From positions 2,885,964-2,949,963 of the forward strand of contig NW_003314266.1 of NCBI RefSeq assembly GCF_000143415.4: DNA of 64,000 nucleotides. Reading direction: 5' to 3'. This document shows positions 36,963 through 48,337 of the stretch, piece by piece. The notes below the pieces were generated by a model that did no database searches, was not told the DNA's origin, and worked only from the letters and a program-made list of their open reading frames with translations. The translations under genes and the position numbers were made by a program. This DNA is from Selaginella moellendorffii. Its lineage: Eukaryota > Plantae > Lycopodiophyta. Position 1 is the stretch's first letter; each line of letters opens with the position of its first letter.

Positions 36963-39847
36963 GCCGGATCCAGCCACCTTTGGTGAAAAGATCATACCTT
37001 TCCGGTTCTAATCCCAGTGCTGTGCAAATGAGTGCTCGAAGAATCGACTTGTGAGTTGATAGAGAAGCTGTGTGAATTGGAAGGGATGGACAGGGCCGCT
37101 AGAGAACGGGAGACGAACACGAAGAGTTTCGTGTATGCTCACCGCCCGAGTAACTTGGAGGAGCATCACCATGAACACTCATTCATTGTACTCAAAAAGA
37201 CCGCATCACAAACGAAAGGACTTAACCTTTATTTAAAGGTTTATTGACTAAGACAAAATGGATTAAGTAATTTATTAATTAAAAACAAATGAAATTTAAT
37301 TAATTAACACTTCCCATTGCTCATTTGTTGCTGCCATGTGCGCCATTATTAATGCACCACAATCGGCCAGACTTGCATGTTCTTATTTCTTGGCTAGGCC
37401 GGGAAGAAGAACAACTTAGAAATTATATTGTTAATAATGTAAATGAGAAGAAATTTTTAAACAAATTTCAAACCATTACTGAAATATTTGCTTGACATTT
37501 CTAAATTTGGGGAGGTGGATCTTTGCCAAATCAGCTACAAACTTTCGAGTAGCTATTATTCTCGCTCTCTCAAACCCCATAGCCCTACAAAAACATTTAA
37601 ACTTGTATATAATTATTTATATTTAAATTTAATATTTGCCATCCTATTATTATAATTAAAATGATAATTAAAATAATTAATGATAAATTATCTTTTTTAT
37701 TTTATTTTTTCAATTTAAAAGGTTTAAGTAATTTATAGTTAAATAAAACTTGAAAAATAGTTAATACATAAATATTTATTTTAATGTTTTATTAGGAAGA
37801 GAATTTTTATATTTTTTATGAAAAATTTGAAAAAGCAATAAAATACTTAGTCTTTTAGTTCTTTAATATTTATTTTAATTTATTATTATATGAATTTTTT
37901 ATTTTGCTATATATTTAATAATTAAAAATATTATATTAATACTAGTATTGGTACCTACAGCAATGAATTAAATTGCCACCAAATCTTTGAGTTACAATGT
38001 TATTTTTAGCTGAATCATTTTGCCTTTTATTGTGATAAGTTGGTAAATTTTTATTTTTATTTTATTATATATATATTTAAAAGTGCCCTTGATTTCAAAT
38101 TCAAGCATAGGACTTTAAATAATAAAGTGATAATTTAAATAATAATAAATTATTAAATTAATTAATTTATAAAAATTAAAATTTCTTTAAAGTTATACTT
38201 ATACAAAATATGGAAAAATAAGATACTTTTATTTTATTTTAGCAGTTAAATTATTTTTATTTCAAAGTCCATAAGTTATTTTTAAAACACATTGATATAA
38301 GTTATTAAAATCTCATAAAAACACTCATAATAATAAATAACTTTTATGATGATTTGTATAAATAGCTTCTAAATTCATTCAATCCTAAAAATTATGTATT
38401 TATTGCATATATTTTTAGTCTTTTATAGTTTAAATTTGATATCCTTGTCTAGCATTATATATAAGAGATTGAACTCACTCTAATTATCCTTCACATCCTC
38501 TTTATCCCCTATTCGAAGGATAAATTGTTTTGAAGATTTGGACTTATTACACTTGTCTTCATTTTGCCATTTATATTCAACCTCATTTCATTATTGCATT
38601 TGTTCGGATTTATTATGTCGAGGCCAGATATTCCATTTAAACTCACTATGCTCATCCTCATTCCATAATCCATATTGTTTGTCCTTACTCCACTACTATA
38701 TTATTCGTCCTCTCTTCATCGTCAAGGCCGGAGTCATCTATCCCCTCTCCCCCTCCTCCAAAGAAAAAAAGTTCGAAATATTAAAGCAAAAATGAGAAAA
38801 TAAGAAAAATTGAAGAAAAACAATTATGGAAGAAGAAAAATTGGATAAAGAAGCATTGAAAGAAAAATTTGTAACAACTAGAAATAGGAAAATCAACAAA
38901 AAGATATATGTTTAAAGCTTGGAAAATAAGGGATTTTCTATTATAAAATACTTCGGCCACCACAATATAAACACTACTCAACTTCCTTAATACACAACTC
39001 AATAATAGAGATGGGAAAATTAATAACAACGTCCGCACTCTCAAGGGAATACATAAACTTCTTCAACTTTTAAAACATAGGAATACTCAACATTAGAATT
39101 AATCATAAACTTTATCAATAAAACAAAAGTAAGATTCTCAACTTCATACACATACTTAACATCTAGATTAATATGAGGAGGACATAAAACACTCAATTTA
39201 ACACTGGACTAAAAATGAGAATCATAAATGATTGATGTGTTATGAAAAAGAAACACTTCAGATGAGGAAAAAATATTAAAAACATAATAAGGTGGCTCAA
39301 GCCAAGAAGGTCATATTGTTTTCCCATACTCAATCCTTGAACATTTTCAAAAAACCAAACTACATCATCCATAACTTGTCAATTGATATCAGAATCATAT
39401 TCCACATTAACAGGAGATGGCAAAACACCGAGAAAAAGATAAATTGTGTAATCACGTCTCATAAAAGTTGGAAACAGCAACATACTAAGGATGGGTGCAA
39501 CACTAATATGATCACACCTCATAGCATCAAAAGTTTGATTCAACAAAGTAATATTAGCTTTTGATCAATGATAGCATGGCATGGTAGAAGAAGAAAATGT
39601 AATAAAGATTAAAAAAAAGAGAGTAGATATAAGTATAATGATAATTAGAATTCCAAATCTTGCAAAAAGCTAATACAAATTTAGATCTAAGAGCAAAGCA
39701 TTACTTTAGGGACAAATTGCAATATCCTTCATTTCCATTAATGTGGGAATAAGTATATTAATTAGGGTTTAAACCCTTGAATAAATGGACCATATTTAAT
39801 CCCAAATATGCTATAGTACTATAATTAATGTATTACCTAGCAAGTGT

Positions 39848-40456
<609 letters not shown>

Positions 40457-40759
40457 TTATAAATCTTACATAATTTGATTAAACTAAACCAAGTTTTTTT
40501 TAAAGTAAATATGTAATGGTAGAGGATATACGATATTTCATCATCTAATGGTTATTATAATTTATAAACTTTCCTAAATGAATATTCCAAGGATCCTTAC
40601 CGAATATGCCCACCCACGCATTGACAACGAAGGTTGAAAGGTGGAAGGCGAGCTCCAAGATTTTCTTTCTCTGGTCTTCAATTTCTTCTTGGCCATTTAG
40701 ACCAAACTCTTGATGCTGTAATCTTTATCTGGAACACCTGGAACATTGTTGCCGCTGGG

Positions 40760-40870
40760 AACAGCATGCCGCTGGAGCCGGATGTTGTTGCCTGAAAGTC
40801 TTTGCTCTCAGCTTGCAAGACCCATGGGGACGTCAATCGTGGCTGCCATGTTTCTAGAAGCTGGCTGGAA
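40760..40870 (+). pseudogene. Orphan 3' fragment of a PLS PPR, paralogous to 21665-21790
   Basis: aacagcatgccgctggagccggatgttgttgcctgaaagtctttgctctcagcttgcaagacccatggggacgtc nearly matches the end of the 20207-21790 PPR, with a TGG>TGA change. Confidence 0.8.
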
Positions 40871-40896
40871 GATCTAGATCAAGATCTCTGAAAGTT

Positions 40897-42657
40897 TCAT
40901 CTGGAGCATAGCAAAACATATGGTGCTGACGTCTTCGGTGCGAGTTCGAGCGCGTGTTTCGATGCCCAGGAAGCACCATCGCAGTCATTCACGGATCTGG
41001 CAGCTCCAAGCAAGCAAACCCAGTCGTGAAAATCCGGCTCAAACGGCATACATGCCATCAAGATCTTGGCATCGTCGAGATATCCCGCTCTACACAGAAG
41101 ATCAAGCATGCAACCATAGTGCTGTTTGGATGGCGCCAAATTATAGTCCCGGATCATCGATGCAAAGTAGCTCCTGCCAATGCGGGCATTGCCGGCGTGG
41201 TTGCAGCACAGTAGAACGCAAGTGAAGGAGGAATCCATAGCCGAGAATCCTTCCACCTCCATGCTTGCGAGGATCCCGATGGTTTCCACTAGCTTCTTGC
41301 TTGCAGCGGCCAAGAGCGCAGTCCAGAGGATAGAATCACGCTCCAGAAGTCCATCAAAGAGAGATTTAGCCCTTTGGAAGCTCCCCTTCCGTGCGTAGCC
41401 GAGGATCAAGATCGTCCACGATCGTAAGTCCCGCTCCGGCATCTCTGAGAGGATGAAGCTCGCTCGCTCGATGCAGCCGCTCTGGACGAGTTCGGCCAGC
41501 ATGACGTTCCACGAGACTTTGTTTCGATCGGGCATGCACGAGAAGAGAGTCTCGCATTCTTCGATATGCCCGTGTTGCGCATACGCGGCCAGCACTGTGT
41601 TCCACGAAACCACGTCCCACTTGAGCATTCCATCGAAAAACTGGAGCGCTTCGTCAACCTTTCCCGCTTGAGCGTAGCAGTGAAGCATGGCATTTCTAGA
41701 TACCAGGTCCTGGCACGGCATCTCCTGAAAAAAAACCTTTACCCGCGAGAGGGATTCATTCTGAGCGATCAATGCAAGCATCAAAGTCCACGAGACCAAA
41801 TTCCTCTCTGGCATTTCCTCGTAGAAAATTCTTTTTACCCTTTCAAACCTCGCAAAGGTGGCGTCGGCGTTGTTATACGCAACCAACATTGCATTATAAG
41901 ACATCACGTCCCTGAACGGCAAAGCTTTCCACAAGTTCTCCACTTCCAATATATGCCCTCTTAGGGCATATGCCGTAAGCATGGCATTCCACGTCACTAT
42001 ATTCCGCTGAGGCGACTCCTCGAAAACACTTCTCGCGCCATCTACACTCCCGTACCGTCCGGACGCCGAAAGCATCGCGTTGAAAGATGCCATGTCACGC
42101 TCGGGCATATTCTCAAACACCTGTTTCGCCTTTGGGAAATGCCCGTGTTGGGCATATCCTACAAGCATCGTGGTCCACGATATAAGATTCCTCTCAGGCA
42201 TTTCTTCAAATAAAACTCTCGCGTTTTGTATAAATCCACTCTGCGAGTACACGGCAAGCATCGAGTTCCACGACACTAAGCTCCACTCCGGCATATTCTC
42301 AAACATTTCTATAGCATCTTCCAGATACCCGTTAAGGGCATATGCCGAAAGCACCGTGTTCCATGTCACAGCATCTCTGCCGGTGGTCATTTGATCAAAC
42401 AATTCTTTCGCAGAGCCGATATGCCCGCTTTGGGCATACGCAGCGATCATCAAGTTCCAGGAGAAAACGTTCTTCACGGCGAGACCATCAAAAACCCGCC
42501 GAGCTTCTTCCAAACTCCCACACCTCCCATACATTTGCACAAGCAAATTCGAGAGGTACTGCGCTTGGTGGTGGTGACTCGCGATCTTTGAGTGGACGTC
42601 TCTCACCTGGGACAAGCTCTTGCAAGATCTGATAAGCCCAACAAAGTCTTCCACCAT
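40897..42657 (-). CDS. PLS-class PPR protein (S-motif rich, partial E domain)
   Basis: 586-aa intronless ORF with LVQMYGRCGSL, repeated MPERNLxSWxxML, HYGCMLDLLCRAG and APYVLL. Confidence 0.92.
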   Translation of the reverse strand: MVEDFVGLIRSCKSLSQVRDVHSKIASHHHQAQYLSNLLVQMYGRCGSLEEARRVFDGLAVKNVFSWNLMIAAYAQSGHIGSAKELFDQMTTGRDAVTWNTVLSAYALNGYLEDAIEMFENMPEWSLVSWNSMLAVYSQSGFIQNARVLFEEMPERNLISWTTMLVGYAQHGHFPKAKQVFENMPERDMASFNAMLSASGRYGSVDGARSVFEESPQRNIVTWNAMLTAYALRGHILEVENLWKALPFRDVMSYNAMLVAYNNADATFARFERVKRIFYEEMPERNLVSWTLMLALIAQNESLSRVKVFFQEMPCQDLVSRNAMLHCYAQAGKVDEALQFFDGMLKWDVVSWNTVLAAYAQHGHIEECETLFSCMPDRNKVSWNVMLAELVQSGCIERASFILSEMPERDLRSWTILILGYARKGSFQRAKSLFDGLLERDSILWTALLAAASKKLVETIGILASMEVEGFSAMDSSFTCVLLCCNHAGNARIGRSYFASMIRDYNLAPSKQHYGCMLDLLCRAGYLDDAKILMACMPFEPDFHDWVCLLGAARSVNDCDGASWASKHALELAPKTSAPYVLLCSR

Positions 42658-42785
42658 TCCATAGACAAAAGAGAGAAAGTTCTCAACAGAGAGAAAGAAA
42701 CTAGCTTATATGCCCGAAGGAAAAAAACCAAAAAAGAGAAGCTCTAAGCTCTTGGAAAGCTCTCACCTTTGTTTATACTTAATAC

Positions 42786-44090
42786 TTACTTGACTCCCAC
42801 CACCGCCTTGAGAGCGCTCATAGCTTCCAAGAGCTTGCCATAGTCACTGCCGCTGCTACACCCGGATGGAAGCTCCACGCCCATGAAGCCGTAGAGCCGC
42901 TCCACTTGAACGCCCAAGGATCCACCAGCGGCGTCCCGGTAGCCGATCAACTTTTTAAGCGCAACAATCTCCTTGCGAAGGCGAGCGCGCTTTTCCTTTT
43001 CCGGGACCTGCTGGAAGTTTTCACCTTGAACACCATCACTTAAGAAGAAACTTAAAGCTCCAAACAAGTAAAAGAAAGCTCTCACCTCGGGCTTGGCGGC
43101 GGCGGCGGCAGCGGCAGCGTTTCGTGCCGAGGTGACGGATTCGTCCGAGCTCACTGCGTTGGGCTCCTCTGGAAAATCCTCGGTCATGGAAGCGTACTCG
43201 TCCACGGAAGATCTCGGCTCCTCCTTGCTGTGATCCTGTCCCTCGACGCTGGAGCCACCGTTTTCCACTGAAGCGGCATGGACTTCCTTGGTACTGTCAG
43301 GAGCAGCCGCGATCTTTTTCTTGGCTCCACCAGATTCTTCCTCGGGATTTTCTGGACTGGATCTTTTGTTTGTATCTTCCGGGATAACGCTCGATCCCAC
43401 TCCCTGATCCTTACTGCCACTGCCCTCCTTGTCTTTATCAGCATCAACCTTGACGCCACTCTCTTTGTCTTGCTCGCCATCGTGGTCATGAGCTTTAGCT
43501 CCAGTAGCGCCACCATCGTCATCGTCCGCGAGCTCAACTTCCACGCACTGATAAAAATCCGGAGATCCTTTGCACTGCGATTCGGCCTTTTCGATCTTGC
43601 TGCCATCTTCATCGTCCTCCTCTTTTTCCTCGAGCTCCACCGAAGTCTTTGGCTCCGAGGGAGGCTTCTCCACCACAATGTAGTCCTCGGAGGATTTCCC
43701 CGGCTCGCCGTGATCCTCTGGAGCCTCCTCGCAAGAAATCTCTCCAACAGCTGGCTCTGGGCGATCTTCTTTCTTCGATCCGGCTTCTAGGTTCTCCGAG
43801 CAAGCCGACGAAGAAGCCCCAACTTGATCCTCTTTCTCGGCCTCCCCATCATCCCGGACAGACCCCTGGCATTCCTCGGAGCTCCCAGGCGACCACTCGA
43901 GGTAGTGTTTGGGAGCCTGGAGGATCTTCTTGAGGAGAAGAAACCCCACAGCGGCCGATCCAACAGGCACCGCGAGGAGAGCGCCAGCAAACGCAAGAAC
44001 GACCGCGGATGGAACAAGAACCGGGAGCGAGATCACAACAAGCCCCCCAATGCTGGCTTTCTTGCCCAGCTCCCACAGCCGCGACGACAT
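42786..44090 (-). CDS. SLDP-like (seed lipid droplet protein family) protein
   Basis: N-terminal GKK followed by a long Pro-containing hydrophobic stretch (GGLVVISLPVLVPSAVVLAFAGALLAVPVG), an acidic disordered middle, and C-terminal IVALKKLIGYR...VERLYGFMGVELP. Probable in-frame intron at ~43025-43085. Confidence 0.65.
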   Translation of the reverse strand: MSSRLWELGKKASIGGLVVISLPVLVPSAVVLAFAGALLAVPVGSAAVGFLLLKKILQAPKHYLEWSPGSSEECQGSVRDDGEAEKEDQVGASSSACSENLEAGSKKEDRPEPAVGEISCEEAPEDHGEPGKSSEDYIVVEKPPSEPKTSVELEEKEEDDEDGSKIEKAESQCKGSPDFYQCVEVELADDDDGGATGAKAHDHDGEQDKESGVKVDADKDKEGSGSKDQGVGSSVIPEDTNKRSSPENPEEESGGAKKKIAAAPDSTKEVHAASVENGGSSVEGQDHSKEEPRSSVDEYASMTEDFPEEPNAVSSDESVTSARNAAAAAAAAKPEVRAFFYLFGALSFFLSDGVQGENFQQVPEKEKRARLRKEIVALKKLIGYRDAAGGSLGVQVERLYGFMGVELPSGCSSGSDYGKLLEAMSALKAVVGVK

Positions 44091-44339
44091 AGCGCTTGCA
44101 ATCTAGGATCTCCTACTCACCGATCGGCACCACGCTCACAAAGACAACACAAAGAGCTCGCTGGAGGAAGCGCTCGCCCTGGTCCGCCTCCATGAACCCT
44201 ATAATCACCGAGAAAGTCACTGTTATGTGGCGGCGTGGGAAAGCGACACGTGGAGCGCACTCATACGGTGTCACCTGACTCAGCGCTAGCGCGGGAAATT
44301 TAAAATTTGGGTTTTAGGGTTCTTGGCTAGGTTATGGAG

Positions 44340-46194
44340 AATGCGGGGATTTAGGGTTCTTGGGGCGAGTTACGTCCAGCGCAGGGGGATTTCCAAGTGG
44401 TTCCGTGCGCAGTGGTGCGATGTCCGCCTGGCCTGCGGTGGCCTCCCTCCCACACAAGTCCCAGTGGCCGCCATTCGCAATCCCGAGATCATCCGCAACT
44501 CTCCTCGCCGGGATGCGCTTCACGAGCGGCGGCTTCGCGGCCATGACGATGAGTGCCGCGCCGAGTACCTCGCCGCCAAGCGGATCTCCGGGGTGGGATT
44601 CCAGCACCACGGCTTCGATTGCAGCATCGACGACGTGCGCTGGATCGGCGATGGCCAGCAATCCGTGTCGCTCATCTGGGATCTCCACAACAAGCCCGAG
44701 GGGATGGATCCCTACACCGCTGCGAAGAGGGTGGTCGAGATCGCCGGTGTGTTTGGGAGCGTGGTGGAGAGGACAGCGTACGCGAGCCGCCGGATGCTGT
44801 GCTTCCTCCCGCTCTTCACGCGCGAGTATAACAAGGTGAGAGACTTCGAGGTGGTGGACGGAGAGGTGGTGGAGAGGAATCTCTCGTGCCCGCTTTGCGG
44901 CGATGGTGAAGCTCGAGCGCCGCACTGGGCGAATCTGGTGAAGCACTTCCGGCTCAAGCACGAGAGGGCCAGGACCAAGATGATCTATCGGATGCATCTG
45001 GCGTCCGGGGAGGAGAAGAAGTCGTGGAGGAAGATCTTGCTTCACCAGGAGACCAAATATCAGCGCGCTGCTAGAGCTGTGTTGACGCCTCGGGTGCTCT
45101 TGCCGGATGGATTGCCGCTGGCGCTCATCAAGGCCGGGTACTTTGTGAAGCAGATGCCTGATAAGCCCGCCAAGGCACCGGACATGGCTGTTTGGTCTCA
45201 CATCCTACAGGTACTGTTATTCTTGAAATGTTTCTCTTCATCGTTTCTTCTTCTTTTCTGCCAGTTCCATTCTGCCAGTTCCACATCAAAAAATTCTTTT
45301 TTTCTTGGTTTCGTTTGCTCCAACTTCTTTTCTTCCATCTTTGTTCCTCTCAAAGCTTAGGTCCAGTAACTCTGAATTTGTTTTTTTTCTTGTTTTTTAT
45401 TACATAGAGCTTTGATGGCTTCAACTTTTTCCTTCTTTGCGCTTTGATCCAATCAACTTCTTTTCTTCCACCTCCAAATCTTTGTTCCTCTCAGAGCTTT
45501 GATCCAGTAACTTATCTTTTTACTTGTCTTTGCGTGGAGCTTTGATGACTTCAACTTTTTCCTTCTTTGAGCTTTGGTCCAATCAACTCTTTCTCATTCT
45601 ATACTGTCTCTCTTCTTTGCTTGCATAACTTTTCATTTCATTCATTCATTCATTCATATACTGTTTACAAGGTCTCGCAGCGTCCCCCCAAGAAGCATGA
45701 GACTCTTTGCATATTTCTTTCCTCTTCTTTGCTTTGAGCTTCTCGCTTAGCACACAATGTTGTACTTCTCATTCGTCTTTCTCTTCTCTAACCATCTTGG
45801 AACTTTTTATCAGGTAGCCAACCTCGGGATCAGCTGCATCTGCCTCGTCTGCGACAACGTAAACTACACCGGCGCAATGGAGTTCGCGCGGCGGCAGAAC
45901 GTCCACACGGTCCTCATCGGCATCGGCGCGAGGCAGAAGATAAAAGAGAAAGCCAACCTCTACTTCTCGTGGGAGGAGGTGGTGACGGGCAAAGCCCTGG
46001 CCATGGCCGAGCAAGCCGCCGCGAGCTGGGCCACCAAGCAGACCGAACCAGGCAAGTCCAAGTCAAAGAAGAAAAAAAAGGAGCCTTTCGCAGTCCAGGA
46101 GGACGACATGTTCTTCGAGTACTACGAGAACTTGTACCCCTCCTCCTCCGGCTCGTCGGAGTTCGAGTGGAGCGATTCGGACGAGTCGGACTGA
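44340..46194 (+). CDS. Plant NYN-domain protein with inserted C2H2 zinc finger (two exons)
   Basis: SLIWDLHNKP, TAYASRR, CPLCG...LVKHFRLKHER, KYQRAARAVLTP, AGYFVKQMPDKP, then exon 2 ICLVCDNVNYTGAMEFARRQNVHTVLIG. Intron 45211-45813. Confidence 0.8.
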
Positions 46195-46241
46195 TCCGTG
46201 CTTCAAAATCTTCTCAGGGATCTTTGTTTCCTTCATTTGGA

Positions 46242-46382
46242 AAGTTTGCGAGGAACTTAGCAGGCTTTGATCTGCTTGTCGTGCTTCTCGCGACGTAAAT
46301 GGAAATCTTTGCTTCTTTCATTTGGAAGTAACAACGATCATTGTAAGTTTGCGAGGAACTTAGCAGGCTTTGATCTGCTTGT
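46242..46382. repeat. 38-bp perfect direct repeat duplicating the end of the isocyanide synthase ORF
   Basis: aagtttgcgaggaacttagcaggctttgatctgcttgt at 46242-46279 and 46345-46382. Confidence 0.9.
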
Positions 46383-47947
46383 AGTGGCTGGGTCGACCAT
46401 CTGGGAATCTCACAAGCTCTATCGTGTAGCCATCGCGCTTGAGCAGCAGCTGCTCGTTCGATCCCAGCTCCTCGCAAGCCAGCTTCCCCGATAGCTCCCC
46501 AGATCGAATGACTTTGGAGTGGAGCAGCATGAACTTCCCATCCGCGAGCTCCACCACCGCGTTGTGCCACGGCGTGGGGATGTGGAAGTTCTTCTCCTCG
46601 GACGAGCGCTGCGCGGCGAGCAGCGAGGTATGGATCACATTGATCCCATACTTGGGGCCGCGATTGGGATGCGGGTGGATCGAGACGCGCAGCGCGAGAG
46701 GGAAGAGCCACTCCACCATGGCCGAGTAGGCGCGGTTGCGCAAGAGCATGAGGAAGCCCACCTTGCTGCAAAGCTCCTCCTTTGCGGCGAGCGAGGGGAG
46801 ACCCTTGCAGCTCTTGTGTTCTTGGAGATCCTCGAGCATGAATCTGGAGAAGCCATGGTGTAAGTTGCGCGTCTCCACGCTCTCTTGGATGTCCTTGCGC
46901 ACGGAGGATTCGTCGTTGCCAAACAAGCACAGTAGCGCTCGTCTCGCGGTCTCTGCGCTGGAAGTGAGCTTCGTCTCGATCGGGTGCTCCAAGACCGTGT
47001 TGGAGATCAGCGCTGCGATGCTATCCTCGTCTTGGTTGTCCAGGAGGAAATCATCCAGGCGAAAGAAGTTGATCAATCCGGGATGTAGATCATGCGCCAT
47101 CTCGCGAAACATCCTTCCGTAGCTATCCACAGTAGCATCATCGGCTCCAACTGGAAGAAATCGCGTAAGACGATGGATCGAAGCAATCCAGCTCCAGGAA
47201 CTTACCCAGATCCGAGAAGACGTGGCCATCCGAGACGATGTTGTAGTGCACGCCCGGAGGATAGACCTCCTTGACGAGATCCGCGATGATCTTCATGGAG
47301 CGAATGGCGAGCTCCTCGGCCTTGTCCGGGAACTTCCCCAGCGTCTTGTCTGGATTGCACGACTTCACTGGAAACGCCGGCAGGATGAACTCGAGAGGAA
47401 CGTTTCTCGCGACGTGGTATCTCACTCTCTCGCCGAATCTCTGCTTGCCTCCGCTGGTAAACCACTGATCGTTGCTGGCAAAGTGGATGAAGTTCTTCTC
47501 GATGATCTCCAGCGCGCGAGCGGTGATCTCGTCCACCTCTTGATCGGCAGTGGAGGTGTCCAGGAGGCAAGATCTCGTCATGGCGCTGTTGTCCAGCAAG
47601 AGAGGGGCGAGGTAGTCGATCTCGCGCTCCAGCGTACCTGGATCGACGAACACCACGCCCTCGAAGCCATTGCCGAGGAATCTCTCGTAGATCGTGGCTG
47701 CCCAGGTGCTGGATTGGTCAGCTCCGAGCAGAGTGATGGTGTACTTGTTGATCGCTGGAGCGATGGTGCGCGAGGCTTGCTTGGCTGCCTCGAGATCTTG
47801 TGCCTTGCTCGCAACCACGGACTGGAAGGTGAAATCGCCCTTCTGGGCGACTGGGACACGGCGCGACGCGGACTGGGAGATGAAGGCGATCTCGCCGCTC
47901 TCCCTGTGAATGTACAAGAAAGCGATCTTGTCCTTGGGATAAGCCAT
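46360..47947 (-). CDS. DIT1: Isocyanide synthase, DIT1/PvcA family (PF05141), ~510 aa, two exons
   Basis: Exon 1 is 47947-47206, the 55-nt GT-AG intron is 47205-47151, and exon 2 is 47150-46360 (1533 nt, in frame). Family motifs: EFILPAFPVKSCNPDKTLGKFPDKAEELA, VYPPG..IVSDGHVFSDL|VGADD..VDSY, HGFSRFMLEDL, MLLRNRAYS, LRVSIHPHPNRGPKYGI, HIPTPWHNAVV. Confidence 0.93.
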
Positions 47948-48049
47948 GGCGTTCTAGCTAGATGGGAAGAATTGCTATAAAGTTTCTAGGAATTGCGATC
48001 ACTTACGTGTTTGTTCTCCTCTGTTAGGTCGAGGTCTCTTTGAAGTTCC

Positions 48050-48057
48050 TTTATATA
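48050..48057 (-). promoter_or_regulatory. Putative TATA box of the isocyanide synthase gene
   Basis: TATATAAA on the minus strand about 100 bp upstream of the ATG. Confidence 0.5.
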
Positions 48058-48337
48058 ATGGAGAGGTGTCTTGGTACATTTTAGACCCGCAATTTAGAAA
48101 CGTGAGAGGGTTGGGCCGCCTGTCCTGGCCGCCATGTGGAATTATATTGACCAAGCCAGTCAGAGTATTCCTAGAATGTTTTAAGCAAATAAAAATAAGC
48201 CTAATATACTAGGAATTGTTTAGTATAACTATTAACTCTATATCTGTTTAATATAATTAATTGATTCTTATTATCAAGATTTATTGGTACATTATCAACT
48301 GGTGGAATATCCTTGGCAGCGGGCCTAGGGTTTTGCA

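Noticed and set aside
35337-36995. 552-aa minus-strand ORF
   Set aside because: Antisense shadow of the GC-rich P-class PPR, with no recognisable motifs.
38400-39600. Possible degraded LINE on the minus strand (MRMSIVSLNG-like peptide)
   Set aside because: No convincing endonuclease or RT motifs could be read, so it cannot be supported without a search.
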